A stretch of DNA of 64,000 bases, taken from positions 89,528,001 to 89,592,000 of the forward strand of contig NC_042999.1 of the NCBI RefSeq assembly GCF_006345805.1. Direction: 5' to 3'. This stretch comes from Octopus sinensis (lineage: Eukaryota). Shown here one piece after another: positions 1 through 13,210 of this stretch (the stretch's first letter is position 1; each line of letters starts with the position of its first letter). The notes beneath the pieces are model-generated. The model was given only the letters and a program-made list of their open reading frames with translations, was not told where the DNA came from and made no database searches. The translations under genes and the position numbers were made by a program.

Positions 1-177
1 TAACTTACCAGTTTGATAACTAAAAATGGATAAAGTAAGTATTAGATTGAAACAAATACTGTGGTTGATATTATCAAACTAATCGCTTACGAACAGAGAC
101 TTAGTATGGCAGACGTTGAAATCCTTTACAATTCAACTCTTTTCATCCACTCTCTCTCTATTAATTTGATTCCTCTA

Positions 178-1245
178 GGGGAGACCGGGTCTAGTTGTTA
201 CACGGGTAAGTTGTTACAAGCCCATTGTTTCCAACTTCAATAAATAGGTGGCACTCGGGTCTCTACCTCGTGAAGGCCAACTCCATAGCATCATGACTGC
301 ACATGTGTATTGCACTGGCAGGCTGTCACGATTTTTTACTCCAAAAGTGAAATTTTGCCACAAGGTTATTTTCTTAACTACTAAAGCACAAGTGGTGTTA
401 CTGAAGTAGTTTGTGGCTCATTAGGAAGTGGTGGAAGTTGCCTTCGATACATGAAGGTGTGTCCTGGATGTCATGCATTGCTAGTGCTGTGTACGAGATA
501 ATCCCCAGAAATCCATGGTCGGGGCTAATTGTTACAGTGCATCAACTTACCCCAGACATGTAACAACTTACCCCATCTATTTCAGTTTAACACACCTTGC
601 CTAGAAATTACAAAAGGAAGACTACAAGGGGGGGGGGATACCCCTCCTGATGTCATGGAAAGAGACGCTAGAAAAGTTGTGGGTGAAAAGAAATTAATAC
701 GGGATGTTGCCGTAAAACAGCGCATAGTGGATGAAATAAACGAACGGAAATCCAAACCAAAGGAGGCAACTGGTACAGAAAGGGCAACAAAGGGGAAGGG
801 AAAGTCAACCAAAACAGGTAATGGGAAAGGAAAGCAGCCTCGCAGCAAGCAAGTCGCCGATTGGAAATGCCTTGTCTGCTCAGATTAATATTCCAACTTC
901 CTTCTAGGTGAAGAATAGGTGCAATGCATGATCTGTAAAGACTGGGCACACACTGACTGTACCGATGGACGACAGGACTTTCTGTGTGATCTGTGTGGTG
1001 AGAAGTTAATGGAGGACGATTCCGACTAGATGGCACATGTAACAATGGGGAAATTGGCTGATGAGGACACTCAGTATCACAGTTAGGATATGAAGTGGTT
1101 CAAAGTACAGTTAATTAATTAAAATTACACTTCCTAGATGCAAGAAGCAGGCGACGTATTCATTTTAAACTTGTTTGTTAACATAACTCCAAGTTATCGA
1201 CAGTTGTAACAAAGTACCCCAGTAAGTGTCACAACGTACCCCGCA
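178..1245 (+). mobile_element. Decayed pogo-like DNA transposon remnant with a C-terminal PHD-like finger
   Basis: Left end TA|GGGGAGACCGGG; sub-terminal motif GGGTAAGTTGTTACA with inverted copies near 548-575 and 1205-1243. The frame reads CLVC..GEE*VQCMICKDWAHTDC..FLCDLC with two in-frame stops. No clean right end was found. Confidence 0.55.
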
Positions 1246-1399
1246 TTTCTCAAAAATTCAGGCTGCAGGAGCACTAATTCTACAGAGAAAGCTATCATCT
1301 TCGTTGCCCACTTTAGATCCAACTTCTCACTGCGTGCACTTGGCATATCTCCTCCCGAATCTATCCCCTGCTAATCTATTAGGTACTCCACACATGACA

Positions 1400-1670
1400 A
1401 GTCCGAAAATTCCACCGATTGCTTCAGACCGAGGACACCTGCTCTGACAATGTCTCTTTCATTACCCTCAAATATTGTGCCCCACCAGCTAGTACAACTT
1501 ATAGAACCAGACCCACTGGTAACCTATTCTCCAAAGTTACCATGCTGTGGGCTCCCGCCTTAGAGAAATTTGATGAAAGTAGTATTGTCACCCCTCAACA
1601 TTAGCAAAGCTTTTGACTGTGTTTAGCATACGAATCTCCAATCAAAACTTCCTTCTTATAGGCTCTATCC
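1400..1670 (+). mobile_element. Degraded LINE reverse-transcriptase fragment (CR1/Jockey-like)
   Basis: [21 protein letters not shown] resembles the RT motif LDISKAFDRVWH. Confidence 0.5.
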
Positions 1671-1675
1671 ATTTA

Positions 1676-1719
<44 letters not shown>

Positions 1720-1807
1720 GCGTGAGTGTGTGTTTGCGCGTGTGTGTGTGCGCGCGCACTCGTGTACGCAATATGTGTACTTTTAACGATGTCTGTTTTC
1801 TTTTTAG

Positions 1808-1917
1808 TTCCAGAAGTGTGTACATTGAATGATCAACAATACCCAATAGGAGCCACTTGGCACCCCGTACTTGCGCCCTTTGGAACCATGCCCTGTGCCA
1901 ACTGTACCTGTTTACCG
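1808..1917 (+). CDS. CHRDL1: Chordin-like exon, VWC1 N-half (xPEVCTLNDQQYPIGATWHPVLAPFGTMPCANCTCLP)
   Basis: Acceptor tttttag at 1801-1807 (alternative CAG at 1811-1813); donor GTAAGT at 1918; VWC cysteine and tryptophan pattern. Confidence 0.9.
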
Positions 1918-3452
1918 GTAAGTAGATTATTTTTTTCTTAACTTGCGTTGTGTCGTTCAACCAGCTGCCCGCATTCAACCTATGTTCATGCAGAATTCCA
2001 ATTTAGAGCTACCAGTTACAAATAAAGTCGCTGTCGTTTTCAGTTATCAAAAATAGAGGCGAACCTAACAAATATCTTTCACAATGGAACAGTTTGACTC
2101 AAAACTTAAGTAATTGATATGAGTAATACATTACAGTACAAATTCTAAACCCACTATATTAACTAGCTCCAGTAAACTAGTCCCATGGGCATGATTGAAT
2201 AGAGTTTAAAGATAATGAAGAAATCAGTATTTAATCAATTTGAACCAATCTCTTAATAAAATTAATTTTAAAAGTATTACAAATAGAGAAATCTACTAGA
2301 AGAATCCTTTTTTCAGTTGAAGATCATTGCCATTCAACAGATAATTACGGAAACTAAATTTCAAGTATATCCTCTAAGAGTTCCGCCTTGTGTAACCCTT
2401 TCAAGAGTTTTAGGGTCCAATCAGTATAGCTCCCTAAGTCATAAAGGTATGCAAACTCATTCTCTACGATAAGATACCAATCTCCAGAGATAAGCTTGCA
2501 GTACTCGTAGCTGGTCGATTCAAACTAAATTTAAAAGTCGTACTTATTTTATCGACTCAGAATAACAGAAAGGATCAATTGTCTTTGATAAGATATCGAC
2601 ATTGGGGTATGGTGCGTCCAACAAGAAATACAGTCCAGCACTCTGACCTCTTCGTCACCGCCACTGCTCTCTTGTATAGAAATATGATCCCAAACGGAGC
2701 ATTAGAAAGAAAATGAGAGGATTAAGCAAGAAATTAATATATTCCAGGGTAACATATTACCATGCAACACACTTATTAACCAACACATAAAATCACCATA
2801 ATGCAATTTATCTAACAACACCTGTTTAATCGGGCGTTGATAGATAAATCAATGAGAATAAACTGTGTAGTTAAGAAACTGTTAACCGGAATTCGCCTCC
2901 ACTTGCACGCCATCTTAAACAAGAGTCTACTACCATAGTTTCGGTTGACCAATACTTTCTGAGTGGAATTTGGAAAACGAAAACTGTGTTAGCCGGTTCG
3001 CTGTATGTGGTGTGTGTGTGTGTGTGTGTGTGTGCGTGTGGCGGGTGGGGGTGGAGATGGGGGACGCAGACTTTCGGTAAAAGAACGATGTCTTTCGAAA
3101 TGCAATGAATCAGACGATTACTTCGCCGATTACAAGTGTCCGTTAGACTCTTGAATTCGACGATGATTTTGTTTCAAATAACGATATAAAATAAAATTAA
3201 ATGCATTTATCATTTGCCAACCAATTGCAGTATTTCATAGACTCTAAGAGTTGTTAATGTTCAGATGATTTTGATAATCGATAGAACAGTGATGTAGTAA
3301 GCAAATAGTGTAAAGATTTTGTCTTGATAATATCGTAACGAAATTTACTGCCAATTCTGTGTAATGAAAATTTGATAGTGTGATGCTTACGCATCATCCT
3401 TTTCAGCATCATTTATTATTCATTTTACCTCTATATGTGTTGCACCCAACAG

Positions 3453-3552
3453 AAAGCAATTGTCCATTGCGTCCATTTGACATTGGACTGCCCTCAACCG
3501 AAGTGTGTTGCTCCTAAAATATTACCAAACCGCTGCTGTCCTGAATGTGAAG
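3453..3552 (+). CDS. CHRDL1: Chordin-like exon, VWC1 C-half (KAIVHCVHLTLDCPQPKCVAPKILPNRCCPECE)
   Basis: Acceptor caacag; donor GTAGG at 3553; CCPxC motif; phase 0 to 1. Confidence 0.9.
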
Positions 3553-5516
3553 GTAGGTTTTCCGTTATTTCAAATTACCTTCTTCGTAATCATTAGTTCA
3601 ATATCTTGGAGAATTTAGTGATAAGACAATGTCCACGACAAGGTCAACTAATAATTGATCTTACTTAATCGACTGATAACTTGTTTTGTAAAAACAAAAT
3701 TATAGAATTTAGAATATCATCATTTCATAGTCGTATTTCTTACGGCATGATATTCATTCAAGCTTTTTGCAGACGTTCTTTTAAGTAAATCGATATATAA
3801 AACTTCTGAGGAGTTATGACTAGATCAAGAGTTACTGCAAGTGTTTCATTGTGTTTCAAAATAGAACACTTAATTCTATTTGTCTTCTCAGAAATATCGG
3901 CAATAGAAACCGGATTTTTTGGAGTAAGATAAAAAACGACAATTATTTAACATGGACACCTCTTACTGTACTTGTTTTCGTTATGAATAATGACTCAACT
4001 TTTCCCTGTATTAAGATAAATTGTGATATTTGTTAACTCGGGAATTTGTGTGAATATCTAGCTTTTATTTCTGATAAATGACAATTTCCATAAAGGTGAC
4101 TACGTATTCTTGCACGATCTTAGTTACTAGAAGAAAGATTGCCTACATACATGCAAATTGTAAGCTGATTATTTTCTTTTAAAGAAAACTTCCAAGATTT
4201 AAATCCCATGAAGAAACGTATATTTGTTCGTGTACCACTGACTAATTGTTTTAATTAGTGCAATAAGGCGATACTCTATATTTCAGGCATTTCAAGGTCA
4301 GAGTTAGCTACCAATGGCGTATGATCTTTAAGTGATTTCGCTCATTTGGAATGTCGCTGCGAAAAATTAAGTTTCACCAAAGTCTTATTAACAGTAAATT
4401 TAAGATTTTGTGCTTAATTTTTTTTGTAATCATGTCAAATGTCATTGTTTTTCTTTAATTACAATACCAATGAACTTGAAAAGGCATGGGCCACTCATCT
4501 CTAAACATTCCTGTAGTTCATTTCAGAACCAAGCGCTTGTTTGGCTTTGTGCAGTGTTTTGTTATATGTATTTTCCCTCCAATTGCATCGAGAGTACTCA
4601 ATGTATTATGTAAACAGTAACTAGTGATCCTATTATTTTTTTAAGTCCTGGGGTTTGAGCAATATATTTCTTTAAATCTCTCATTTTTAAGGCACTTATT
4701 TATAGAAAACTACATTATGAATCAGAATGGGTTTGTTATTTCTTTATCAGACTATATCTATAGCTGATTCTATACTCTCGTTCATAGTAATCCATATTCT
4801 ATCTATATTCCTCGCCTAAAACATTTGATTTCTTAAACTATTGATTCTGTATAGATTTCTATATAGCATAATCTTGTTAAAATTTGTAAGGATTGAAGAC
4901 AAGCTTTGTATACAGAAGTGTTACTGCTCTTCGTAACGACTTTGCTTTCATTATTATTTTTTATTTATTTATTTTTGTAATTTACAGGCCATCTCTTTGT
5001 TTTTACGCTCTCCCATTTAAGACAATTCCAACTCTAACATGCACCTATTGACTTTGGCATATAGTTGGGAAAGGATACGTGCTTTTCAGAGATAACTCGG
5101 GGATCTATCGGGTTCCTTGATTGGCTTAGGGTGACTGTCTTCCTATTAGGACGCCTTATTTTGTTCCTTTTGTAAATTGTTTCTCATGTCAGTTTTCCAC
5201 ATTTGTTTTTTTTACTGTAATTTTCCCGCACCCCTGTTGAAAAAAAGAAATTATTATTATTATTATTATTATATTATTATTATTATTATTGTCATCATAA
5301 CCATCATCATCATCATTCTTCAAATTTTACAGTTCAGCTCTTGAAAAATCTTTTTGACTATAAATATAATTACATACATACAGATACACATACATATAAA
5401 TATATATCTAATACTTATATAAAGTTAATCCAAACATGAAGGCACAAATAGAAAACACAAGAATGCGAGGACGTGGAACAAGTATAGCATTACTGGACGC
5501 TAAGGAAAGAAGGAGG

Positions 5517-5551
5517 GTTTAACGTTTCGAGCGGAGCTCTTCGTCAGAAAC
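5517..5551 (-). ncRNA. Minimal Penelope-type type I hammerhead motif
   Basis: The minus strand reads GUUU-CUGACGA-A-GAGC(UCC)GCUC-GAAA-CGUU|AAAC: a 4-bp stem I, a 4-bp stem II, a palindromic ACGU helix III and a GUU triplet. Confidence 0.65.
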
Positions 5552-5944
5552 GTAGGAAAAGGAAAGATCCAAAGAAGGGAAGACGGAGGTAAAAAAAATC
5601 GCCACCGGTACACACGCGGTCACATACTTATATACATATATACATGCGTGCATAGGTGTACATACATGACAAGAACGCGTTTTAAACGGCCTATCAATCG
5701 CTGTAAATCTTACAAAAATTACTTCGTTGTACTGCTTAAGTAGTGCGGGCGGGAAAAAACGGTCAACACGTTTCGTGTGTGTTTTATTTATCCTCAAAGA
5801 CATTTTGCGAAAAATATACAAGAAACACAAGGAAGATGTGAAAATAGAAATAAAAAACAGTAAGAAGCATGGCTTTCAACATCAATTATCAACTGAAGGG
5901 AATATTCAGCATAGTATGTTTTAATATCAGTGTATATTTAAGCA

Positions 5945-6240
5945 TGTGGAGGCGCAATGGCCCAGTGATTAGGGCGGCGGACTCGCGGTCTTATGATCGT
6001 GGTTTCGATTCCCAAACCGGGCGTTGTGAGCGTTTATAACACTCTATGTTATGCTGAATCTCCTTGAGAACTACGTTAAGGGTACACGTGTCTGTGGAGT
6101 GCTCAGCCACTTGCATGTTAATTTCACGAGCAGGCTGTTCCGTTGATCGGATCAACTGCAACCCTCGTTGTCATAACCGACGAAGTGCCAACATATTTAA
6201 GCATACTATGATAGGCTATAACGAAGTTAATGTTTTCATA
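5945..6240 (+). mobile_element. tRNA-derived SINE
   Basis: Pol III A box TGGCCCAGTGATTAG and B box GGTTTCGATTCC, followed by a SINE body. Confidence 0.65.
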
Positions 6241-6728
6241 ACAAGTCGAACCAATGATGACTGATCTTCTATGTGCTAGAAACTGCAACAAATCTCCCTC
6301 AGTATCGCTAATATTGAAAACAATAAAGGTGGGGAGTGACATTGGATGATGGCTCAAACGCCATTGATCATAAGTCTGCTATATTAAGGGTTGCCTATGA
6401 CTTAGCAAAAATAAGTATTGAACATGTGTAAAGGACAGTCGACTTATACATCAAATATATATCTGACACGTATAATTCGTTTCCCAGTTTAACACCACAG
6501 TCTGGGTGTTGTGTGCCTTTAAGAGTTCCGCTCTGTGGCCAGATTTTGAACCAGGTTTCTGGTCAGGGAAATAATTCGCTTTTTTAGTTCACCAGTCTCA
6601 GGGATCCAGAATAAAGGTTAAGAGCACTGCCCTTCCTCTTTTGTAAAGTTAAAAATAGTTAACTTTATTTTTAAAACATGTTGTCAGTAGACTATTAAAA
6701 ATGCGTAATAGTCATGTTTGAGACTCTG

Positions 6729-6760
<32 letters not shown>

Positions 6761-7214
6761 ACTCATACACACATACACTCACTCACACACACATACACTC
6801 ACACACGCACACACTCTCAGTTTCTCACTCCCTCTCTCTTTCTCACTCTCACTCACACACGCACTCTCTCTCTCTCTCTATCTATCTTTATATCTATCCA
6901 TGATAGATGTACGCACACATAGGTGTACACATGCATAGGTGTACTCACACACACACACACACACACGCAAACCCACCCACACAAATACGCACATGCACAC
7001 ACACACACACACACGCAATTCCATGCTCTTTTCTCCCTGTCACTGTACACGCCTTTATCTAGCGATGAAATGTCTCATTATTAATATTTTTCCCCAAAAA
7101 ATGTGTTGCTTGTTTGCTTTGCATGTGCCCTGTTCGGGTGAAATCTCTGTCTACTCGTGTGGTGACACAGGCGCACTATTATTTACGTAGATTTTGACAA
7201 CATTCCTCCTACAG

Positions 7215-7360
7215 TGCGGTCGGAGGGGGAGACGGAATCAAACAAGAAGACAGGATGTACGTTTTCTGGCCGGAACTATGAACATGGTGATATCTTTGCT
7301 TCCAACAAGACTGCACTGAAACCAACCAGAGAGAATCAATGTGTGATGTGCATCTGTTCC
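7215..7360 (+). CDS. CHRDL1: Chordin-like exon, VWC2 N-half (VRSEGETESNKKTGCTFSGRNYEHGDIFASNKTALKPTRENQCVMCICS)
   Basis: Acceptor cctacag; donor GTAAGT at 7361; phase 1 to 0. Confidence 0.9.
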
Positions 7361-7422
7361 GTAAGTAACTAATTAGTTTCTTTTTATAATCACTTTCTCC
7401 AACCCTGATCTGTGTATACTCT

Positions 7423-7639
7423 TTTACCCTTTTACTTCTTTCAGTCATTTGACTGCGGCCATGCTGGAGCACCGCCTTTTAGTCGAGCAAATCGACCCCA
7501 GGACTTATTCTTTGTAAGCCTAGTACTTATTCTATCGGTCTCTTTTGCCGAACCGCTAAGTAACGGGGACGTAAACATACCAGCATCGGTTGTCAAGTGT
7601 TGGGGGGACAAACACAAACACACAAACACGCACACACAT

Positions 7640-7683
<44 letters not shown>

Positions 7684-7850
7684 GACAGGCTTCTTTCAGT
7701 TTCCGTCTACCAAATTCACTCACAAGGCTTTGGTCAGTCCGAGGCTATAGTAGAAGACACTTGCCCAAGGTGCCACGCAGTGGGACTGAACCCGGAACCG
7801 TGTGGTTGGTAAGCAAGCTACTTACCACACAGCCACTCCTGCGCCTATGT
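7423..7850 (-). mobile_element. tRNA-derived SINE with an internal (TA)/(CA) microsatellite
   Basis: Head GGCTGTGTGGTAAG...GGTTCAGTCCC. Same-family copies lie at about 24415-24805 (+), 25120-25260 (-), 37330-37470 (+), 56560-56700 (-) and 57765-57905 (-). Confidence 0.75.
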
Positions 7851-7894
7851 ATGTGTAAAAGTTCTTAAGTTTAAAACTATATAATGCATAAACC

Positions 7895-7937
<43 letters not shown>

Positions 7938-8394
7938 GAGTATGTGAGAATGCAGGTGCTAAATTGTAAATTCATTTGCTTTAAACTGTCAATTATTCCA
8001 TGCACTCAGCGCAAATGTCCATACGTGGATTCAGACCTCTCAGAAAGCCATACAATGGTTTTAATTCTGCCCAAAGAGTCTTAAGACGCTTAGCATTTGT
8101 TTCGTTTAAAGAAAAATTTTAAGAGTCTTGAGAAAATCTTAGCATAAAAGGAATCAGACTTAGTGTATGAGAGAATTGACTCTGTTGGTAGGGAAATGGG
8201 TAAAAAACTGTGAAAGAATAAAGACCAAGAAAGGCAGAGGCAGAAATGGTAAAAGCTGATCTCAAGATGTTGAAGTTCACAAAGGAAATGGCAGACAAAA
8301 AAAAAAAAAACAGAAATAGAAGAAACAAATGAAGAGGCATTATCTAATTGATGAAAGCATGTGAAAGCAGATGTAGAAATGATGACGATGATTG

Positions 8395-8995
8395 GAGGAT
8401 GAAAGGCAAAGTCAACCTTGGTGGAATTTAAACTCAGAATGTAGCAGCAGACAAAATACCGCTAAGCATTACACCTGACATACTAACGATTCTGCTTGCT
8501 CGCTTCTTTAGGTAATAAAAATAATAATCCTTTCTACTATAGGCACAAGGCCTGGATTCTGTGGAGAGAGGGACAGTCGATCACACTGACCCCAGTACTC
8601 TACTGCTACTTAATTTATCGACCCCCAAAAGGATGAAAGGTAAACTCAACCTCGGCAGAATTTAAACTCAGAACATAGCACCAGGCTAAATACTGCTAAG
8701 CATTTTGCCCAGCATGCTAATGATTCTGCCAACTCACCACTTTAGGTAATAATAATAATAATCCTTTCTGCTATTGACCCAAGGCCTGAAATTTTAGGGG
8801 TGGAAACTAGTCAACCACATCAACCCCAGCACTTGACTGGTACTCAATTTATTGACCCTAAAAGGATAAAAGGCAACGTCAACCTTGGCAGAATTTGAAC
8901 TCAGAGCATAGTGGTAGACGCAATACCACTAAGTATTTCACCCAGTATGCTAACAATTCTACCAGCTCATTGCCTTAGGTAATATAATAATAATA
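8395..8995 (+). mobile_element. Three head-to-tail copies of a TAA-tailed SINE
   Basis: Repeated CCTTTCTACTATAGGCACAAGGCCTG...GGATGAAAGGCAAAGTCAACCT...GAATTTGAACTCAG...GATTCTGCCAGCTC units are separated by TAATAAT. Other copies lie at about 17830-17990 (-), 30545-30740, 40093-40307, 40694-40908 and 56120-56300. Confidence 0.75.
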
Positions 8996-9431
8996 ATTCA
9001 AATTGTAATAATAGTAATGATACTCTTTGATTAATGACAAAAGAAATTGTCAGTACATTAAAAAAAATATATATGCTGCTACTCTAAGATGCAATCTTTA
9101 ATTGCCCTTATTCTTTTTGTTTATATTTTAACATCGTCTTTATGGTAATTAAATTAAATGATGTTGAGTGCTTCCTCGTTTATAATTATATTATTTCATG
9201 CATGTAGATTTCCTGCTTACTTTTATATTATATTTTCAATGTTCAATAATTTATGTCATAGTCCCACATCTTGAAGAAATATATTATGCATAACTTCATG
9301 ATCCTGAATGGTGGAACTTCGTAAGATAAGGTAAATAAAATATAATGATGCTATTAATAGTATGATGCTTGCTCAATAATATCTCTAAAAAAATGGTAAA
9401 CTTAAAATACTCTTCTCTTTTTCTATTGTAG

Positions 9432-9525
9432 AAAGGAAGAATCTTGTGTCATTTGAAGACCTGCGAAGCAATCAAATGTAAGAAGACGCTAAACCTTAGT
9501 GATGAATGTTGTCCAATTTGTCCAG
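9432..9525 (+). CDS. CHRDL1: Chordin-like exon, VWC2 C-half (KGRILCHLKTCEAIKCKKTLNLSDECCPICP)
   Basis: Acceptor ttgtag; donor GTAAG at 9526; CCPxC motif. Confidence 0.9.
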
Positions 9526-12500
9526 GTAAGGCAATGAGCTGCCTACCTTTTGATTGGACGCAAGAAGCCATGCTGGAATGTCATCCTGCTCATATATCAT
9601 CACATGCGCAGCGGATTAAGGGGCAGCATTTAGAGTAGAACATCTAGTGTATGGCTACACCTAGAGTTGGGAATTCCTAGAAAGTGTTCCCTCTATTCAA
9701 GGGATTTTTTGCTGGGAACACTTTTCACTATCAGTGTAGGGTTACGTCTACTGAAAAAATACTTCAGGGTAAGCTTATTTTTGTGTAGGTTTACCTTCTT
9801 TCTAGGAATATTTCTTGGACAATATTAATTTTGCTTTGGGTTACCACTATTAAATTATTATATTTCTCAGGTGTAGTTATTTTTAAGCAAAACACTAGAA
9901 TTTTTGTATGGTGGGGGGAAATAATGTACAAATACATCTACTTTAGAAGTATAACTAAAGAAGGATTATTTTAATATAAAAATTCAAGATTTAATTTGAA
10001 TACAGGGTTGTTTCTAAAAGTTGGGTAAAATCTCAGTTGGGACTATTTTTTAATGTTAAGTAGATAAGCCAATAGGTGAAGGTCATTGACACTAGGAAAG
10101 GTAGAGTTAGACTTTCTAATTAGAAATCATATTATCATTCATTCATTCATTCATCCATTCATTTTTTTATTTACTTTCATATGAGAAAAGTTAATCTCAG
10201 TACTGCAGGCCACAAATTACCAATTAGAACCCCAATCACTGAGTCAATTTTGTGTCTTTCTTACTCAGTATTTATGCATATGGAACAAAATTATTTAAAG
10301 TTTCAATCAGTATAGACTACACTACCTTGCTTGTTTCCTTTACAACCCTCAAAATATTATTAGAAGGCTGTTGTTTAGTTCCTTAATTCCTTTATGACTG
10401 GCTTGAAATAAGTCCATTCCCATCTAGATAGAACATAAACCTGATGGAAATAAGATTACTTAGTGACTGCTATCTCCAATATTTTGGTAAACAAAGATGC
10501 TTAGAAACAAATGTCTTATTAAGTTGTAAGCTCAAACAAAACACTTGCATGGGACTATACAACCACATGATTTCATAGTTTACAATCTCACCTACTCACT
10601 CACATACTGTCAGCACTATTGAGAGGATTAAAACCAATATTTTAGCTAAGTTGATGCCTTGCGCACTGAGCTTTCATAACAATTGAAAGACAGTACTAAC
10701 CAGTCAACCAACATAGCTCAGAGCCTTTTAGAATTTTTGAATATATCAAATTAATATGTAATTTAAATTTATAAATCTATATTAATAGAATTTAACTGCA
10801 TGCAGATCTCTGTGTATACCTGGTTATGTCCACAGTTATACATTCATAGTCACTACATGAAGACTATGTTGCTCCTGAGCAAATGTGTTAATTTCTATGC
10901 AATTACTCGACATGCTAGAAATAGCAACCAAATCTACCATTTGACATACCCTATCATCTTAAAAAAAGAAGAACACATTTGGCAATATAATCATAGAAAC
11001 ACCACTTCTGGAAGAGATAAGATAGTCAAGGAGGAAACTGAACACTTAGAATTATGCATTCATTAGCATCGTTTCCTTTATCCCTCTATCCCTCTCTCTC
11101 TCTTTCTCTCTCTCTCTCTTTTTTTATACACACACACACACAGTGATTTACTGGTACAAAAGGTGAAATATAAATCACTATATAAAAGCCAAGCATATAA
11201 AATTCTTTTATATAACTGCAGAGCTTGTATAACTTAATAGCTAAATAACGTGTGTGTGTGTACGTATATTAATGTACACACACGTACACATATATACAAA
11301 ATGCATTTGCTAGAGAGTGATAGAGAGGCGGTATATGAATCAGTATATATGTGAAACTAATGAATAAAACACAAGATTGCTCAATAGTATCATCAATGGA
11401 TACGTCTCAAAAAGACAGTCAACACTAAAGCTATTGTATTTACATTTTCTGCTATTGTCAACAGAAACCTACTTTTGGTAGTTTCAATTTCTTTACTGGT
11501 CATATGCTGCTATTAACCTCCCTGCAGGCTGCTGGGTTGGTAGAAACAACAGTAGACTAGATTAAATGACCAGTATTGGGTTTTCCCTAGTAAATTCTAA
11601 ATTCAAATGCTGCCAGTAAGGTTAACTTAGCATATCATATCTGCAGAGTCATACACTAAGATTGATTCAATTGACTGTATTCTTCTCCTGTAAATAACAA
11701 TAATAATAACTGAGAATGGAAAAATATTTAATTCATAATTGTTAGTCTGATACGATCCCCCAGCAACTAATCTTCCCTACTAAGAAACTTTTGCTCCTTA
11801 GTTCCCGATGAGCCATAGGTGAAATAGAATATATATTTTGTCAAACTAACAATTATGGATTAAATATTTTTTGCTCTGAGACTTAATTTGAGCTTTTTAT
11901 TCCAAATGGCCAGACATAGCTTCTTTTTGAACTTGTCATCCTCTGGTATAAAAATAGTAACTGTTTATTATGGTTTAGGAAAATACACAAAACTCTGTTT
12001 TGGAGAAGTGGGGAAATAGAACTGTGATATTCATTACTTTACCAGTTTTCACAAGAAATCACAAGGACTCAACTCACTAGTAGCTTATAACAAGAGACGC
12101 ACTATGTAGCCATTCAGCCTGCAAGAAATAACAATCAAATCTCCCTCGACTAGCGCCCTGCCAACCAAAAGAGAAAAAGAAGAGGGCATATAGTTCTAGA
12201 CAGCAATAAAAAGATGGAATAGTCATGGTTGGAATGCATTTGATCATATGTTTGCTCAAATGATGTTACCTTGTTTCTAAATACAACTGATATATTGATG
12301 ACTCAACAGCAGTAACAGTTTATCTTTGTCTGTCTTCTTATCATCAGCATCACATAGGTGACACATTAACAAGAGCTGTAGAAACATCAGGTTTTCTTAA
12401 CATACACTTGTTGACTGGTTTATTTTAACCAAACCTAATGCCTTCTATTCACTCTAGAAGAGTAATACAATGTTGTAATATTTATTTCTTTTCCAAATGC

Positions 12501-13179
12501 ATTAGTGGCATAAGTGAAACTGGAATCAAAACACACACATTTCACTGGAATCTTATCAGTACAGGACAGGATAGCTTGGCTTCTTATCATTCATTTAAAA
12601 CTAGATATCATATTGAAATTCTATATCCTAAAATTACCTAATTCTGGTGAATGTGCTCTGAAAGAATAAGCATTTGACACAACAACCTTTTCTTGGTCAT
12701 CTGCTTTTTCTATTGTACTCATCAGCCATACACAAGTAAAATAAACATTAATAAATCTTCATCAGTTTTCATAATGTGTGTTTAATTCTTTTGAACAACT
12801 GAACTCGCTGCTCATGGAATTGATATTCCACAGGCACGTATCCTTAAGATAACCCTCCAGCACACTTAGCATGTCACTGTGACAAAGCTTGACCTTTTAA
12901 TTACAAGTACAATTCATCTAATGAGCTTTCATACAGCCTTTATTCAATTTCACTCATAAGGATTGAGTAAACTCAAGATTATGATAAAAGATAATTGCCC
13001 AAGGTACCATATTGTGGGGAGAAACCCAGGACCCCTTCTTTGTGAAATAAACTTCTTAACCTTATGATTACATTGTATCTATTTATGCACACACACACAC
13101 ACACATATATATACATAAAAACATACACACATGCATGCATGCATACATACATACATACATACATACATACATACATACA

Positions 13180-13210
<31 letters not shown>

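Noticed and set aside
213-223. GTTACAAGCCC twister-like motif
   Set aside because: It is part of the transposon sub-terminal repeat; the other twister elements and pseudoknot partners are absent.
5760-5800. Second possible hammerhead on the minus strand (TTGAGGA...GAAACGTG)
   Set aside because: C3 is mutated, stem II is unpaired and there is a G at the cleavage position; at most a decayed relic.
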